From the sequence record NC_014636.1: a stretch of DNA of 64,000 bases. One strand, 5' to 3'. Below are positions 35,496 through 45,168 of the stretch, piece by piece. A program made the position numbers and the translations under genes. The notes under the pieces were generated by a model, which was given only the letters and a program-made list of their open reading frames with translations, ran no database searches and was not told the DNA's origin. The first letter of the stretch is position 1, and every line of letters starts with the position of its first letter.

Positions 35496-35683
35496 GCTTT
35501 GAACTTTATGATTTCGGAATTATGAACAACGATCACAGTTTGACGTTTGCGCCAGAATTGATACCACTTGACAGGCTTGTAATCAGCCATTTCCATTACT
35601 TGCTCAACGGAAGCAGTTGTTACGGAAATCTGACCGTTGGGAAGAGTCATCATAACTTGGTCATTGACGATTTGCAGATTCAT
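35492..35683 (-). CDS. Hypothetical early protein
   Basis: GAGG SD. Confidence 0.75.
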   Translation of the reverse strand: MNLQIVNDQVMMTLPNGQISVTTASVEQVMEMADYKPVKWYQFWRKRQTVIVVHNSEIIKFKA

Positions 35684-35717
35684 AATTTATTCCTCAGTTG
35701 TTTGTGTTGATGTGGAC

Positions 35718-35746
35718 ATCCTATCATGTCCACATCTTGAGTCAAT
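35718..35746 (-). promoter_or_regulatory. Early promoter with 11-bp inverted repeat
   Basis: ATTGAC-N17-TAGGAT; GATGTGGACAT/ATGTCCACATC arms. Confidence 0.8.
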
Positions 35747-35851
35747 CAATTTTTTAAAGTTTTTCCATCAATTCTGATAGGGAAGATGCATAAAAATATG
35801 CAAACAACAGATTGCTGCCGACAATTATGACTTTACACAGTGTATCGGACA

Positions 35852-36304
35852 TCACAGCTCCGAATGATAACGAACAACGTAGTCCTCAAGCTCACGATAG
35901 AACTCTTGGTACTCGATTGTCCGAATGATATCTTTCGGGCTAGTCCCTTTCAAGCGGCGAATGTCACTATTATGGTGAAGATCACTCATTTTGATGTAAA
36001 CGGATCGAATGTCAGACTTTACCCGTGCCTTATATTCGGACATAGGCTCGCCAGGACGTTTGCTCACGTTGTCAACGAGTTGAACGGCATCGATACTCAT
36101 ACCCGCAGCCAGAAGCATATCGCGACCGCCTTCGATATCTTCGATTACATCGTGAGCCAGTGCTGCTTGGCGAGTTGCTTCATCGGCACATTGAGGAAGT
36201 CCTTTCAGAACTGCCAGACAATGTTCGAAGTAGGGACGACCGCCTTTGTCGTTGGTGTCGGCGAAAGCAGTTGCTACCAGTGCATACAGTTTAGACATTT
36301 TCAT
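35852..36304 (-). CDS. HD-domain hydrolase (RelA/SpoT-hydrolase/Mesh1-like)
   Basis: DKGGRPYFEH, ALAHDVIED, VKMSDLHHNSD pattern. Confidence 0.85.
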   Translation of the reverse strand: MKMSKLYALVATAFADTNDKGGRPYFEHCLAVLKGLPQCADEATRQAALAHDVIEDIEGGRDMLLAAGMSIDAVQLVDNVSKRPGEPMSEYKARVKSDIRSVYIKMSDLHHNSDIRRLKGTSPKDIIRTIEYQEFYRELEDYVVRYHSEL

Positions 36305-36563
36305 AATCTTTCTCCAGCTCTTTGAGTTCTTGAGTTAACATCTTATCACGTTCGGAATGATATGCAACTCTTTCCTTTGAATGTTTGATGTCGCTTTCTA
36401 AACCTTTCCGGTAATCACGAATGGCAGTTTCTAAAGTAGGACATTCCTTAGTACCATATCCAAATTTTCGATGTCCGTCAATACAAAAATACCAAGCAAT
36501 CACGTTTTGATGTTCACCGGCAGATACCATCGAATATCTGCCGTGTTCATGAATGATGTTCAT
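36291..36563 (-). CDS. Hypothetical protein
   Basis: ORF in run. Confidence 0.7.
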   Translation of the reverse strand: MNIIHEHGRYSMVSAGEHQNVIAWYFCIDGHRKFGYGTKECPTLETAIRDYRKGLESDIKHSKERVAYHSERDKMLTQELKELEKDYENV

Positions 36564-36571
36564 TCCACGCC

Positions 36572-37495
36572 TTATAAGTAACTGGCAAGAATACGACTTG
36601 CCACGTTCTTGTGTTTTGCTTCGACCATAATATCGAAATGACGATGGAATGTCAACGCCGCATCGATAACTTTTTTGTCGTCGATGATATCGCTATGTGC
36701 GCAAATATCACGGAAATTATCAGTACCACGAGATTGCGAAACGTGAATCTTTGGACGACGCATACGAGATTTCCAAGTCGCGTGAACACGTTGTACCAAA
36801 GGATCGTCAGCAGTCAACAACACGCCGCCATCAGTACGATTGCAGAAATGATGGTGAATGTCTAGCAGCACAGGGAATCCGTAACGCTCACAGATCTCCA
36901 GTGTTCGGGTCAAAGTACCAGTCTTTTCGTCATTCTCAAATGTGATATATGATTTGAGGTGTTCGCTCATACGGTCAACAGGAAGAACGTCAGTCTTACC
37001 ATTGAGGTGAATGTTAATGATACCCTCATACTTGGGAACAAGTAGATTTCTGAGGATAAATGTATGCATTTCCAAGTCCAGCAAAGCGTTATCGACTACT
37101 TCTGGACGATCACTATTGAGAATAGTATACTGGGACGGATGCATGGACAGTCTGATATTAGACTGATATGCCTTATTGCCAATCATGTTAAGAACAAGAA
37201 TGACACGATCACGGAAACTGTCATAATAAGACGCATATTTCGGATGCGCGTACAGCGGCAGCAAATCGGAGGTAATGCGCAGCAAACGCTGGCTTTCGTG
37301 AAGTTTAGACACTCGATTTACCATGTTACTGAGTGCGGTAAGATTAGCCATGACTTTATCACACAGCTTGGCGATACCAGCTTTCTCGTTAAGCTTTTCC
37401 ATATCGCACACGCGAACAGTGCCGAACTTGGTATCGTTATACTGCTTGAATTCACCGTTAACAACTTCACCCATTTGACACGCAAAACCAATCAT
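36572..37495 (-). CDS. uvsE: UV-damage endonuclease (UvsE/UVDE family)
   Basis: IGFAC, RITSDLLP, RLSMHPSQY, INIH, FENDE, LDIHHH, KIHVS, AHSD, IMVEAKHK. Confidence 0.93.
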   Translation of the reverse strand: MIGFACQMGEVVNGEFKQYNDTKFGTVRVCDMEKLNEKAGIAKLCDKVMANLTALSNMVNRVSKLHESQRLLRITSDLLPLYAHPKYASYYDSFRDRVILVLNMIGNKAYQSNIRLSMHPSQYTILNSDRPEVVDNALLDLEMHTFILRNLLVPKYEGIINIHLNGKTDVLPVDRMSEHLKSYITFENDEKTGTLTRTLEICERYGFPVLLDIHHHFCNRTDGGVLLTADDPLVQRVHATWKSRMRRPKIHVSQSRGTDNFRDICAHSDIIDDKKVIDAALTFHRHFDIMVEAKHKNVASRILASYL

Positions 37496-37502
37496 ATATT
37501 CC

Positions 37503-37778
37503 TCACACTTTAAGATTTTCGAAATCAGAGATCAATTTCTTCAACTGTTCTTTCTGACTACCAGTTAACCCTGACATGGTATACCGATTTACCAATGATG
37601 TCAACGTGGATTGCACAAGAATTTGTGCTTGTGCTCTTGCGACAACTCTTTCCTCAGTGGGAAGATTTCGATCTTTGTTTTTAACACGGAGTGCCTTGCA
37701 CTCCGCATAGATGTTTTCGTATGCTTTGATTCGATGTTGGAACAAAGCAATCATTGGACTCAAACTAAAACCGTACAT
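37503..37778 (-). CDS. Hypothetical protein
   Basis: Start moved to MYGFSL (TAATG overlap, GGAG SD). Confidence 0.65.
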   Translation of the reverse strand: MYGFSLSPMIALFQHRIKAYENIYAECKALRVKNKDRNLPTEERVVARAQAQILVQSTLTSLVNRYTMSGLTGSQKEQLKKLISDFENLKV

Positions 37779-38200
37779 TAGAACTCCGGATTCCATTTGT
37801 TGTGATGGCCTTGTACCAGACCCCACATTTTGGAGTACAGCCAAGTGCCGGTCTTTTTGCGACGGTAGAAAGTCTTTCCAGTCGAGGTAGTGATTTGCAG
37901 AGATTTGGAAATCTTAACGATAGTCCCCTCTGGATAGTAATCACCGTTAAAGGAACGGCTCACTTCGTCACCAACTTGCGGCATACGAACAACATCAAAA
38001 CGAGGAGAAACCCACTCACCACGGTCAACAGCCAACAGAGATTCTTTCTCGGAAAACAGCTCAACAACTTGTTCGGCTTGCTCCAGAGATTTCCAGTCCC
38101 AGCGAGAAACAACGATGTCGCCAGCTTCTTTAGCTGCTTTATAAGCATCAGAGCTAACAGATTCGATGATTTCTAGTTTGGTGATGTTGAAGTGTTTCAT
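37778..38200 (-). CDS. Conserved hypothetical phage protein
   Basis: Start moved to MKHFNI; P.VGD.VS..FNGD.YP.G.I motif. Confidence 0.8.
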   Translation of the reverse strand: MKHFNITKLEIIESVSSDAYKAAKEAGDIVVSRWDWKSLEQAEQVVELFSEKESLLAVDRGEWVSPRFDVVRMPQVGDEVSRSFNGDYYPEGTIVKISKSLQITTSTGKTFYRRKKTGTWLYSKMWGLVQGHHNKWNPEF

Positions 38201-38249
38201 GATGTTTTCCTCAGTTTGTTGATAAGACGTCTCTCGTCTTGATGTGGCC

Positions 38250-38278
38250 ATAATAACACGGCCACACCTAGCGTCAAC
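38250..38278 (-). promoter_or_regulatory. Early promoter with inverted repeat
   Basis: GTTGAC-N17-TATTAT; GTGGCC/GGCCAC arms. Confidence 0.8.
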
Positions 38279-38660
38279 TACTTTTTGAAAAAAATTTCAC
38301 TAGAACGGTTCGACCACCGCTCAATACTAATTCACGATACAGTTTGAAACTTTCCTCATATGGATCAATAGGATAGACAAACTGACGTCCAAGATCCGCG
38401 ATCTGTTTACGTTCGACAATATGCTGGAGCTGACAACTCAAACCACGAAGATATGCCTTCATAGTAGAAGTTTCGAGTTCAATGCCGCTAATTGTCCGTA
38501 GAAGCTTCGCGATTCCATCGAAATCAGTAAACGCTTGATCGTAATACTCGGAAAACTCAGCATATGAAGCAACATCAAGCCGAGCTCGGTTCATAAGATA
38601 CAGAGATTCAGCTAGTCGTTCAGTGAGTTTCATAAACTCTAGATTAAAATCATTTGTCAT
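38274..38660 (-). CDS. Hypothetical protein
   Basis: Coupled ORF. Confidence 0.7.
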   Translation of the reverse strand: MTNDFNLEFMKLTERLAESLYLMNRARLDVASYAEFSEYYDQAFTDFDGIAKLLRTISGIELETSTMKAYLRGLSCQLQHIVERKQIADLGRQFVYPIDPYEESFKLYRELVLSGGRTVLVKFFSKSS

Positions 38661-38932
38661 AAAATCTCGTTTCCTTTAATAAGAGAGTTAGCGTAATGGC
38701 GATGCGCCGACTCCGTGAATGCTCGTTCGGCTCGAACGACTTCTGGAACAATCTGAGTCATACGATGTTCATACATCGCGTTGATTCTACTCAACAGTTT
38801 AACGCCTTCGCGTGACAACTTCGAGCCAACACGCTCGGCAGAATACAGTTCTTCCAGCTCTCGAATCTGTCTAAGTTGCTCTTTGCTAACGGCACTTGCT
38901 GCCATGTAAGCGATCATTTCATCATTGATCAT
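38657..38932 (-). CDS. Hypothetical protein
   Basis: Coupled ORF. Confidence 0.7.
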   Translation of the reverse strand: MINDEMIAYMAASAVSKEQLRQIRELEELYSAERVGSKLSREGVKLLSRINAMYEHRMTQIVPEVVRAERAFTESAHRHYANSLIKGNEIL

Positions 38933-39203
38933 TTCTAAGTCCTATATACCAGATTTTACCAACGCTCGTTTGTTGGTATTTTTCACTATTCCACATGCGG
39001 CGACGTACCGCAGATGCATGAGGACTGTTATGTCCCATCTTATCTACCCAGCGCAGCATTTTGCGGCAGCATAGTCCGATATCGATTCGACATTGACAAG
39101 CCATTTCGTCGTATAGTTTTCCATCAACGAACAAACGGATGTGGTAACGATTTTTGATTCTCGTTACCTTAGTCTCCGTCTTTACGGGTTTGAAATCATA
39201 CAT
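38922..39203 (-). CDS. Conserved hypothetical phage protein
   Basis: DEMAC...DIG.CCR.MLRW.DK motif. Confidence 0.75.
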   Translation of the reverse strand: MYDFKPVKTETKVTRIKNRYHIRLFVDGKLYDEMACQCRIDIGLCCRKMLRWVDKMGHNSPHASAVRRRMWNSEKYQQTSVGKIWYIGLRNDQ

Positions 39204-39388
39204 TAGATCAAACGCTCTCCCATAACAACAGTCTTACCAGAGGAATAATATCCGTAGTTCTTCCACTTACGCATATTGCCAATCATGATGTTACGACCGG
39301 CGTTAGTTGCTTCTTCGGCAGTAGCATAAGAAACGGTGTAGTCAACGCGAGAAACACCAGCAGCAGATACGAACGGATAGAATTTCAT
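39203..39388 (-). CDS. Small hypothetical protein
   Basis: Start moved to MKFYPF. Confidence 0.7.
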   Translation of the reverse strand: MKFYPFVSAAGVSRVDYTVSYATAEEATNAGRNIMIGNMRKWKNYGYYSSGKTVVMGERLI

Positions 39389-39451
39389 GATTACTTCCTC
39401 TTGATTTGATAAAGCTATCTTAGCAGGTTTGATTTCGCGATTCAAGCATTA

Positions 39452-39769
39452 TTAGCGTTTAACACAAGTCCAGTGGTTGATATCGATTTCGCCTTTCGCA
39501 AGAATCTTTTCCATGAAAACAGTTGCAACTGAATGCGCGTTCATGTAATAGCTATCATCTTCGGCATGAACAATCTTACCAACGAAACGATGATTCAGTC
39601 TGAATTCGTCAGCCATGAAACCACTGAACAACATGATGCTACACTCGAAATCGTCGCTCGGGCCTTCTGGTGTCATACATGCAACAATGTCGCCACGCTC
39701 AACACGCAGATCCCACAGCTTGATAGTCATGCCGTCGTTTGTCTTGATAGTTTCGTTGATGTTGATCAT
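39452..39769 (-). CDS. Hypothetical early protein
   Basis: GAGG SD. Confidence 0.8.
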   Translation of the reverse strand: MININETIKTNDGMTIKLWDLRVERGDIVACMTPEGPSDDFECSIMLFSGFMADEFRLNHRFVGKIVHAEDDSYYMNAHSVATVFMEKILAKGEIDINHWTCVKR

Positions 39770-39799
39770 GATGTTTTCCTCAGTTCGTTTGATGTGTGT

Positions 39800-39852
39800 A
39801 AAATATCAGGTCCAAAAACGATGTCAACAAAAAAGGCACCCGAAGGTGCCTT
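39800..39852 (-). promoter_or_regulatory. Terminator-promoter cassette
   Basis: AAGGCACC-TTCG-GGTGCCTT (39833-39852), T-run, then GTTGAC-N17-TATTTT. Confidence 0.85.
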
Positions 39853-39858
39853 TTATTT

Positions 39859-41301
39859 TTAAGCTTGTTCGTCGCTGCGGAGTCGGGCTTCTTCAAACAC
39901 ACTCATGTTATAAACATGGGTGCAAGTGCCTTCACGCAGATACTGGACATATTCGTTGTCGTTCTCATATTTCGCATATTGCGGGTCGAGAATATCAACA
40001 GTCTTGTATTCACCGTCAATTTTCACCAGACGCAGACGACCGGCTTTGGAAGCTTTCCACGCTGCATCTTTCGGGTTCTTACGCACACGACGCCAGACAC
40101 CGTTAACGCGAATCGCAGAGCATTTGTAAGCCCATTTCTGAGTGTCACGGTCGCATTTCTGCAACAGACCACCACCCATACCGAAAGCGACGTTTTCGAT
40201 ACTGTAACCCAGCACTTTGATGAACTGGAGACAGGCTTCAACATCTTTGTCGGAACTCAGGCCGTCGCCCTGAATAACACGGTAGCTACCATGCAGGACT
40301 TTGTAACCCTTACTGTTCACAGTGAAACCGACGTTCTTCGCGATAGTTTCAAGAGCATATCCGATATTATCAAACATGTCACCAGAGTCAGGACGAATCA
40401 CGCAAGTACCGCCGCGAGCCAGAATTTCGCGCTTGAACTCACCAGTGGTCAGACGATCTACCGCTGATTTGTAGTCGATAGAGTCAGCCACAATCGCGTA
40501 AACACCGTCACCCCAGTTACGAATGCTGTTCCAGAATGCTTCATCTTCCTGTTCAGGAGTCAGCAAACCTTCATCACCGTAGCAAATGGTAGTGGTGTGT
40601 TCGCGAGCCGGAATACTGATACCAACAGCGATATCATGTGCCAGATCGTACAGGTCTTGTGCCATAATCAGAGCTTCGACGGTATCGGTACCGATGAAGT
40701 TGATCAGATGTGCCAGACCACCCAGCTTTGCCGCTTGTTCACAAGTCGCACCACGAGCACCGAAGTCATGCAGACGGGTTTTCAGTACGAAATCGAAATC
40801 GGCACCAGTCAGATCGGAGGTTTCTTTCAGATACTTTTTAACGAGTTTCTTGATCTTGAAGCTGATAGAAGCAACGGTACTGGGATACCAGTGACCACGC
40901 AACAGGAAAGTTTCAAGGTGACCACCGAGACTGTAGTTCGGTCCGAAGATTTCAACTACCATAGTCGCGTTACGACCAGGGATTACTTGACCTTCTTTCG
41001 CACCATACAGGTTAACCGGAAGTTTGCCGCCGTTGGTTGCAATATTCATCCACATTTCATATGCGAACATGTCGCGACCGAAGTGGGATTTGAACAACAT
41101 GTTAGCGCGGTTGACGTCAGCGACGGTCACACCCTGCTCCAGAGTACGCGCAACAAAATGCAAACCGGAGATCATTACATCATCGTCCACACGCGGCTCA
41201 GCGTAAAGACTGATTGCATCGGTCCCAGCTGGGAACTGATACGGATGGCTGATTTTGTAAGAGTCGGTAGTTACTGCCAGGTTGGTTTTAAATACGTTCA
41301 T
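39859..41301 (-). CDS. nadV: Nicotinamide phosphoribosyltransferase (NAMPT/NadV)
   Basis: TDSYKISH, RLHDFGARG, FIGTDT, SIPAREH, IVADSID, VIRPDSG, VIQGDG, AFGMGGGLLQ, KASKAGRL. Confidence 0.95.
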   Translation of the reverse strand: MNVFKTNLAVTTDSYKISHPYQFPAGTDAISLYAEPRVDDDVMISGLHFVARTLEQGVTVADVNRANMLFKSHFGRDMFAYEMWMNIATNGGKLPVNLYGAKEGQVIPGRNATMVVEIFGPNYSLGGHLETFLLRGHWYPSTVASISFKIKKLVKKYLKETSDLTGADFDFVLKTRLHDFGARGATCEQAAKLGGLAHLINFIGTDTVEALIMAQDLYDLAHDIAVGISIPAREHTTTICYGDEGLLTPEQEDEAFWNSIRNWGDGVYAIVADSIDYKSAVDRLTTGEFKREILARGGTCVIRPDSGDMFDNIGYALETIAKNVGFTVNSKGYKVLHGSYRVIQGDGLSSDKDVEACLQFIKVLGYSIENVAFGMGGGLLQKCDRDTQKWAYKCSAIRVNGVWRRVRKNPKDAAWKASKAGRLRLVKIDGEYKTVDILDPQYAKYENDNEYVQYLREGTCTHVYNMSVFEEARLRSDEQA

Positions 41302-41424
41302 TTTTGAAGGCTCCCTTCATGATTGATATTTTGGTTTAGTGAGTCTTTCTCACAAAAAGATTGTCTCATACTTTTCAACACAAGACAAGCTTTTTATGAG
41401 GGGTATTTCTACCCCTTCACGTTA

Positions 41425-42096
41425 TTAGAATACCAGAGCGGCACCCAGTACGGCAGAGTTATCATAGCCAACACCGGTGGTAACAGTGTGGCGCATCTTG
41501 ACATACGGCTGAATCATGTGATCGGTAAAGGTCAGAGCGATTTCATGTTCGTTCTCGGTAGCCAGACCCAGGTCAAAATCGGTACGCTCGTGGAAGCCCT
41601 TGCGAGTGTAGTTATAAGCAATGGTCATTTCAGGATGCAGCTCATAACTAACGCCAGCTTTGATCTTGCTGTAATCTTGACCCTCGTTCATGAAGCTGTA
41701 ACCGGCACCAGCATAAGCCAGGAACTTAGCGACCGGCATATATTCGACGATACCTTGTACGTAGGTTTCGTGATCGGTGTTGTCGCCTTCGAAGATGCCG
41801 TATTCTACGCTCGGAACAAAGGTGAAGTCGTCGCTAACTTGCAGACTCTTACCCAGCACACCAGCAGTGTGTTTGTTGGTTTCGTGCTTCACTTCCATGA
41901 AGTAGTTAGCCGGAAGAGCTACGCCCATGCCATACTCGGTAACGTCGGTATTGGTGTTGCGCTCAATGTAAATCTTTTCCAGTTGTACTTGAGCCACGGT
42001 TTCGGTCAGATCGGATGCCTTAGCTTGTTGGCAACCAAAAGCAGAAGCAGCGATAGCCAGACCGACGATTACAGAGTGAATGAAATTCTTAGACAT
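41425..42096 (-). CDS. Outer-membrane beta-barrel protein (KdgM/porin-like)
   Basis: Signal peptide, alternating amphipathic strands, QPYV motif, C-terminal Phe. Confidence 0.7.
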   Translation of the reverse strand: MSKNFIHSVIVGLAIAASAFGCQQAKASDLTETVAQVQLEKIYIERNTNTDVTEYGMGVALPANYFMEVKHETNKHTAGVLGKSLQVSDDFTFVPSVEYGIFEGDNTDHETYVQGIVEYMPVAKFLAYAGAGYSFMNEGQDYSKIKAGVSYELHPEMTIAYNYTRKGFHERTDFDLGLATENEHEIALTFTDHMIQPYVKMRHTVTTGVGYDNSAVLGAALVF

Positions 42097-42110
42097 CAAA
42101 ATGATACCTC

Positions 42111-42329
42111 TTAGTTTGTTGAGAGTAAAGCGATAACCAGCACAAGTAATATGAGTAGGCTTTTGTTATCGCCAAGTTTGTTTAACGTTTCCAGTATACG
42201 ATTCTCTATTGCGAGTGTCAACAACTTTTTCATTATTGCTAACGGTATTACCAGAAACGTTAGTGCTAGAAACTGATATTGATTATACATCAGCCCCAGA
42301 AGATTGCAAACAATATCGTAAAAATCCAT
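42111..42329 (-). CDS. Small membrane protein
   Basis: Two hydrophobic segments. Confidence 0.65.
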   Translation of the reverse strand: MDFYDIVCNLLGLMYNQYQFLALTFLVIPLAIMKKLLTLAIENRILETLNKLGDNKSLLILLVLVIALLSTN

Positions 42330-42377
42330 ATGATTACAATCGTTGACGGTCGGTGTAAAAAATCAAACCAATCGTCC

Positions 42378-42608
42378 TTACAGACGCTCCATATATCGAC
42401 TATACGCGATAGTGTAATCGGAGCCAAAACCAGTAATGTCTTCCCATCCTTGGGCGGGATCTACCAGAATGATAAATCCATACCCCAAGAACGGAATTTC
42501 GTTGTTTGTAGCCACGCCGACAACCGACGCGGTACACTCAATCACATTTCCTTCTTTTTGGGAAACGAGTTCTACCTTGACTCGTTCCCCGCGTTTAAAC
42601 GGGTACAT
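42378..42608 (-). CDS. Hypothetical protein
   Basis: ORF in run. Confidence 0.7.
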   Translation of the reverse strand: MYPFKRGERVKVELVSQKEGNVIECTASVVGVATNNEIPFLGYGFIILVDPAQGWEDITGFGSDYTIAYSRYMERL

Positions 42609-42834
42609 CTATAAGTCCTTGTTTCACAGCTTGATTGAATAGAGGATGTGTATCTGTGATGCTCACATCCCACATACGCAGAATAAGCGAAACATCCTCT
42701 AGTGTCAAGTTTTCTTTTGTGATTTTATACGTTTTCGGGATTCGAAGATGTCCGGATATAAAATCCGGACTATAATATCTGAGATTTCGACTATCGAATC
42801 CAATTTCGTCTTGATGAAGCGCGTCCATACTCAT
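42595..42834 (-). CDS. Hypothetical protein
   Basis: Coupled ORF. Confidence 0.7.
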   Translation of the reverse strand: MSMDALHQDEIGFDSRNLRYYSPDFISGHLRIPKTYKITKENLTLEDVSLILRMWDVSITDTHPLFNQAVKQGLIDVPV

Positions 42835-43784
42835 GACAGCAGCTCCGCGAGATAAACCTCATAGACAAAATCGTCCCAGTATTCACGATTCACAGTTTCG
42901 CGCATACCGTTTTTGCGAGCGATCACAACCTCTTTCTCAACATCGTTCATAAGTTGTTCGAGATAGGGATTAACTTCGTCTACCAGACTACGCTTTCCTA
43001 GCTTAACGTCAAGAATAAATTCACGATGTTTCAGCGGGAATTTCAGATCACCGGTCCGATAGATCTCAAGCAGTTGTTCACCGCCTCGGATAGCATGACT
43101 CAACGCTTTCCAGTCTACACCGACTTCCTCTTTCGCACGTTTAGCGCGATCACCATATTCTTCCCAAATCTTCTGGACTTGCTGGATAAACTCGGTGATC
43201 TTGATTCCATACAGATACTTGCGACCCAGCACCTCATAGAACTCGACAGTTTCACCGGTTCGGGATACTTCGGTACCAGAGAATGTGAATTCATCAGTTG
43301 GCAGACGATCAACAAAATAACGGAGACGATAGTTCATGTCCGACTGAGGAATGTTAGAGATAACGGTCATCACTCGTTCGAGTGCAGCTAGTCGAGTACC
43401 CTTAACACCGTACTTGGTAGCTTGTTTTCGGCAGTAGCCCAAGAATGCATCCATACGAGTCGTGTAAAACATAGACCGATTTTGCTGAATGACTTCCCAA
43501 TAAGGAGAAGTTTCCAGCAGCTGGTTACTGTGCAACATATCGATACACATAGTTTCGCCTTTGCTCGCCAGCTTGATGAACTGACGCAAAGACATCATTT
43601 CGGTATCGATATCATCGGCGCCGTTTTTACCTTTACCACCAGTGCTTTCGTTGTAGACTTCGCGACCACCCAGAATGATCTCCCGCTTAGTGGGAATAAA
43701 GATCCCTTTGTAGTCCCGATCGGAAGTCGGGGTACTCAGCCCGTACAGATGCGAGCCGAATACGGTTTTCATCATTGTTTTCAT
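42831..43784 (-). CDS. Pol-beta-superfamily nucleotidyltransferase (T4 NrdC.11-like)
   Basis: VFGSHLYGLSTPTSDRDYKGIF (GS..DxD), GVDWKALSHAIR. Confidence 0.9.
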   Translation of the reverse strand: MKTMMKTVFGSHLYGLSTPTSDRDYKGIFIPTKREIILGGREVYNESTGGKGKNGADDIDTEMMSLRQFIKLASKGETMCIDMLHSNQLLETSPYWEVIQQNRSMFYTTRMDAFLGYCRKQATKYGVKGTRLAALERVMTVISNIPQSDMNYRLRYFVDRLPTDEFTFSGTEVSRTGETVEFYEVLGRKYLYGIKITEFIQQVQKIWEEYGDRAKRAKEEVGVDWKALSHAIRGGEQLLEIYRTGDLKFPLKHREFILDVKLGKRSLVDEVNPYLEQLMNDVEKEVVIARKNGMRETVNREYWDDFVYEVYLAELLS

Positions 43785-44131
43785 TAGTCACCTTTTCTCA
43801 TAAAGTTAACAGGACTTGGAATAACGCTAGAGTGAATCCTAAAGCAATCCATTACCTGTGTTCTTTCTTCGCCTAGCTGTTTCAGAAAATATTCAGTATC
43901 ATATGCATTCATAGGACGGGTGATTCGGTTTCCATCTGTAATCACATACTTTCGTTTGTCGATCTTGATAGACAGGCCAAATTCTGCCAAATTAGCATTG
44001 ATATAAACCAGACTTTTTGCCATTGAGTCACGCGCCAACGCATGTTTAGTAACATTGCAGATCAACGCAACCGTGCCAGCGACGACCATTATACCAACCG
44101 ATAACTCAAACGGATCAACTGTGATAATCAT
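43784..44131 (-). CDS. Membrane-anchored hypothetical protein
   Basis: N-terminal TM. Confidence 0.7.
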   Translation of the reverse strand: MIITVDPFELSVGIMVVAGTVALICNVTKHALARDSMAKSLVYINANLAEFGLSIKIDKRKYVITDGNRITRPMNAYDTEYFLKQLGEERTQVMDCFRIHSSVIPSPVNFMRKGD

Positions 44132-44601
44132 TGCATAGCCTTTTGCTTGTAGAGTTCAGCCAGATTGGTGTTCAGACGTTCGATTGCTTGTTCCAGAGTT
44201 TCGGCATTAGGATCATAGTTGTCGGCAGTCGAGTCATAATGCGAGGTACTCTTACCGTTTGATATGTCCCAGTGAGTTGAAGTAGTTGTCGGACAACGAG
44301 TCACATACAGATTTTGTTCGGTTTTAGACCGAAGATGAAACACCTTACAGCCATCAAGGCCAGGCACCATCTGATACCCATTGGTTGTTTCTTGTGTGAT
44401 AGTATCACATCCAGTCAGCAACAGAGCAATTGCTAGAATTCCAAACTTTTTCATATTTGCATCCACATTAAAATTGGGTAAATCGCCTTTAAGACCATGA
44501 TCATGAAGTCGTTGCTCCCGATCATGGCCCATATTACGATGTTCAGAATAATGAGCAAACACCAGATTGCGTTTAGTCCTTTCTCCACCATTTGTCATCA
44601 C
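44128..44601 (-). CDS. Putative lipoprotein
   Basis: MKKFGILAIALLLTGC lipobox (likely start 44454); GLDGCKVF..L...VTRCP. Confidence 0.75.
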   Translation of the reverse strand: MMTNGGERTKRNLVFAHYSEHRNMGHDREQRLHDHGLKGDLPNFNVDANMKKFGILAIALLLTGCDTITQETTNGYQMVPGLDGCKVFHLRSKTEQNLYVTRCPTTTSTHWDISNGKSTSHYDSTADNYDPNAETLEQAIERLNTNLAELYKQKAMQ

Positions 44602-44803
44602 TCCTCATATCATTTGAATCTGAGAGAGATTTTATCACAACTGGTCTAGGAACTACAAGTGGTTTGTCCATTATTTTTGTGACATTTGTCACATATACCG
44701 GAATATATTTTTCATCAAAGCGTTGTCCGTCTATCAACTTCTGGAAATTTTGCAGGACTATTTCTTTCGAAGCCCCGCTAATGTCCTGATAGTTATTTGA
44801 CAT
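44573..44803 (-). CDS. Hypothetical protein
   Basis: Start moved to MSNNYQ. Confidence 0.6.
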   Translation of the reverse strand: MSNNYQDISGASKEIVLQNFQKLIDGQRFDEKYIPVYVTNVTKIMDKPLVVPRPVVIKSLSDSNDMRSDDKWWRKD

Positions 44804-45167
44804 TAAAACGCCTGTAGATGTAACGTTGCGCAAATAGATATTTGCGAATGTTATTTGTTCCCTGAACTTGCATCATGAGATCATAGAATTCATGAATGGT
44901 AAGATTGCGAGTTTGCGCACCCTCAACGTTATCAATGAATCGAAACCAAGACGCGGCACCCGCGAAATCGGTAATAATTCCATTGTTATACATTTCGAGC
45001 CGAATGCCTTTCTCTTGCAGAACTTCGCGAACTTCGCGATAGTGCTCCAATACCCAGTTAACTCGACGTTTACGCTTCTTGGTACGATATTGATCGATGC
45101 CGATAAACAAACCAACCACTACCGCGATACAAGACAAGATACTAAGGGAGATAATGAACAGTGCCAT
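44793..45167 (-). CDS. Single-TM membrane protein
   Basis: N-terminal TM then basic cluster; paralogue-like to 43784 and 45169 genes. Confidence 0.75.
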   Translation of the reverse strand: MALFIISLSILSCIAVVVGLFIGIDQYRTKKRKRRVNWVLEHYREVREVLQEKGIRLEMYNNGIITDFAGAASWFRFIDNVEGAQTRNLTIHEFYDLMMQVQGTNNIRKYLFAQRYIYRRFNVK

Positions 45168-45168
45168 T

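Noticed and set aside
35760-35790. Weak palindrome upstream of the 35.7-kb promoter
   Set aside because: Imperfect, not repeated, no T-tail; not enough support for a function.
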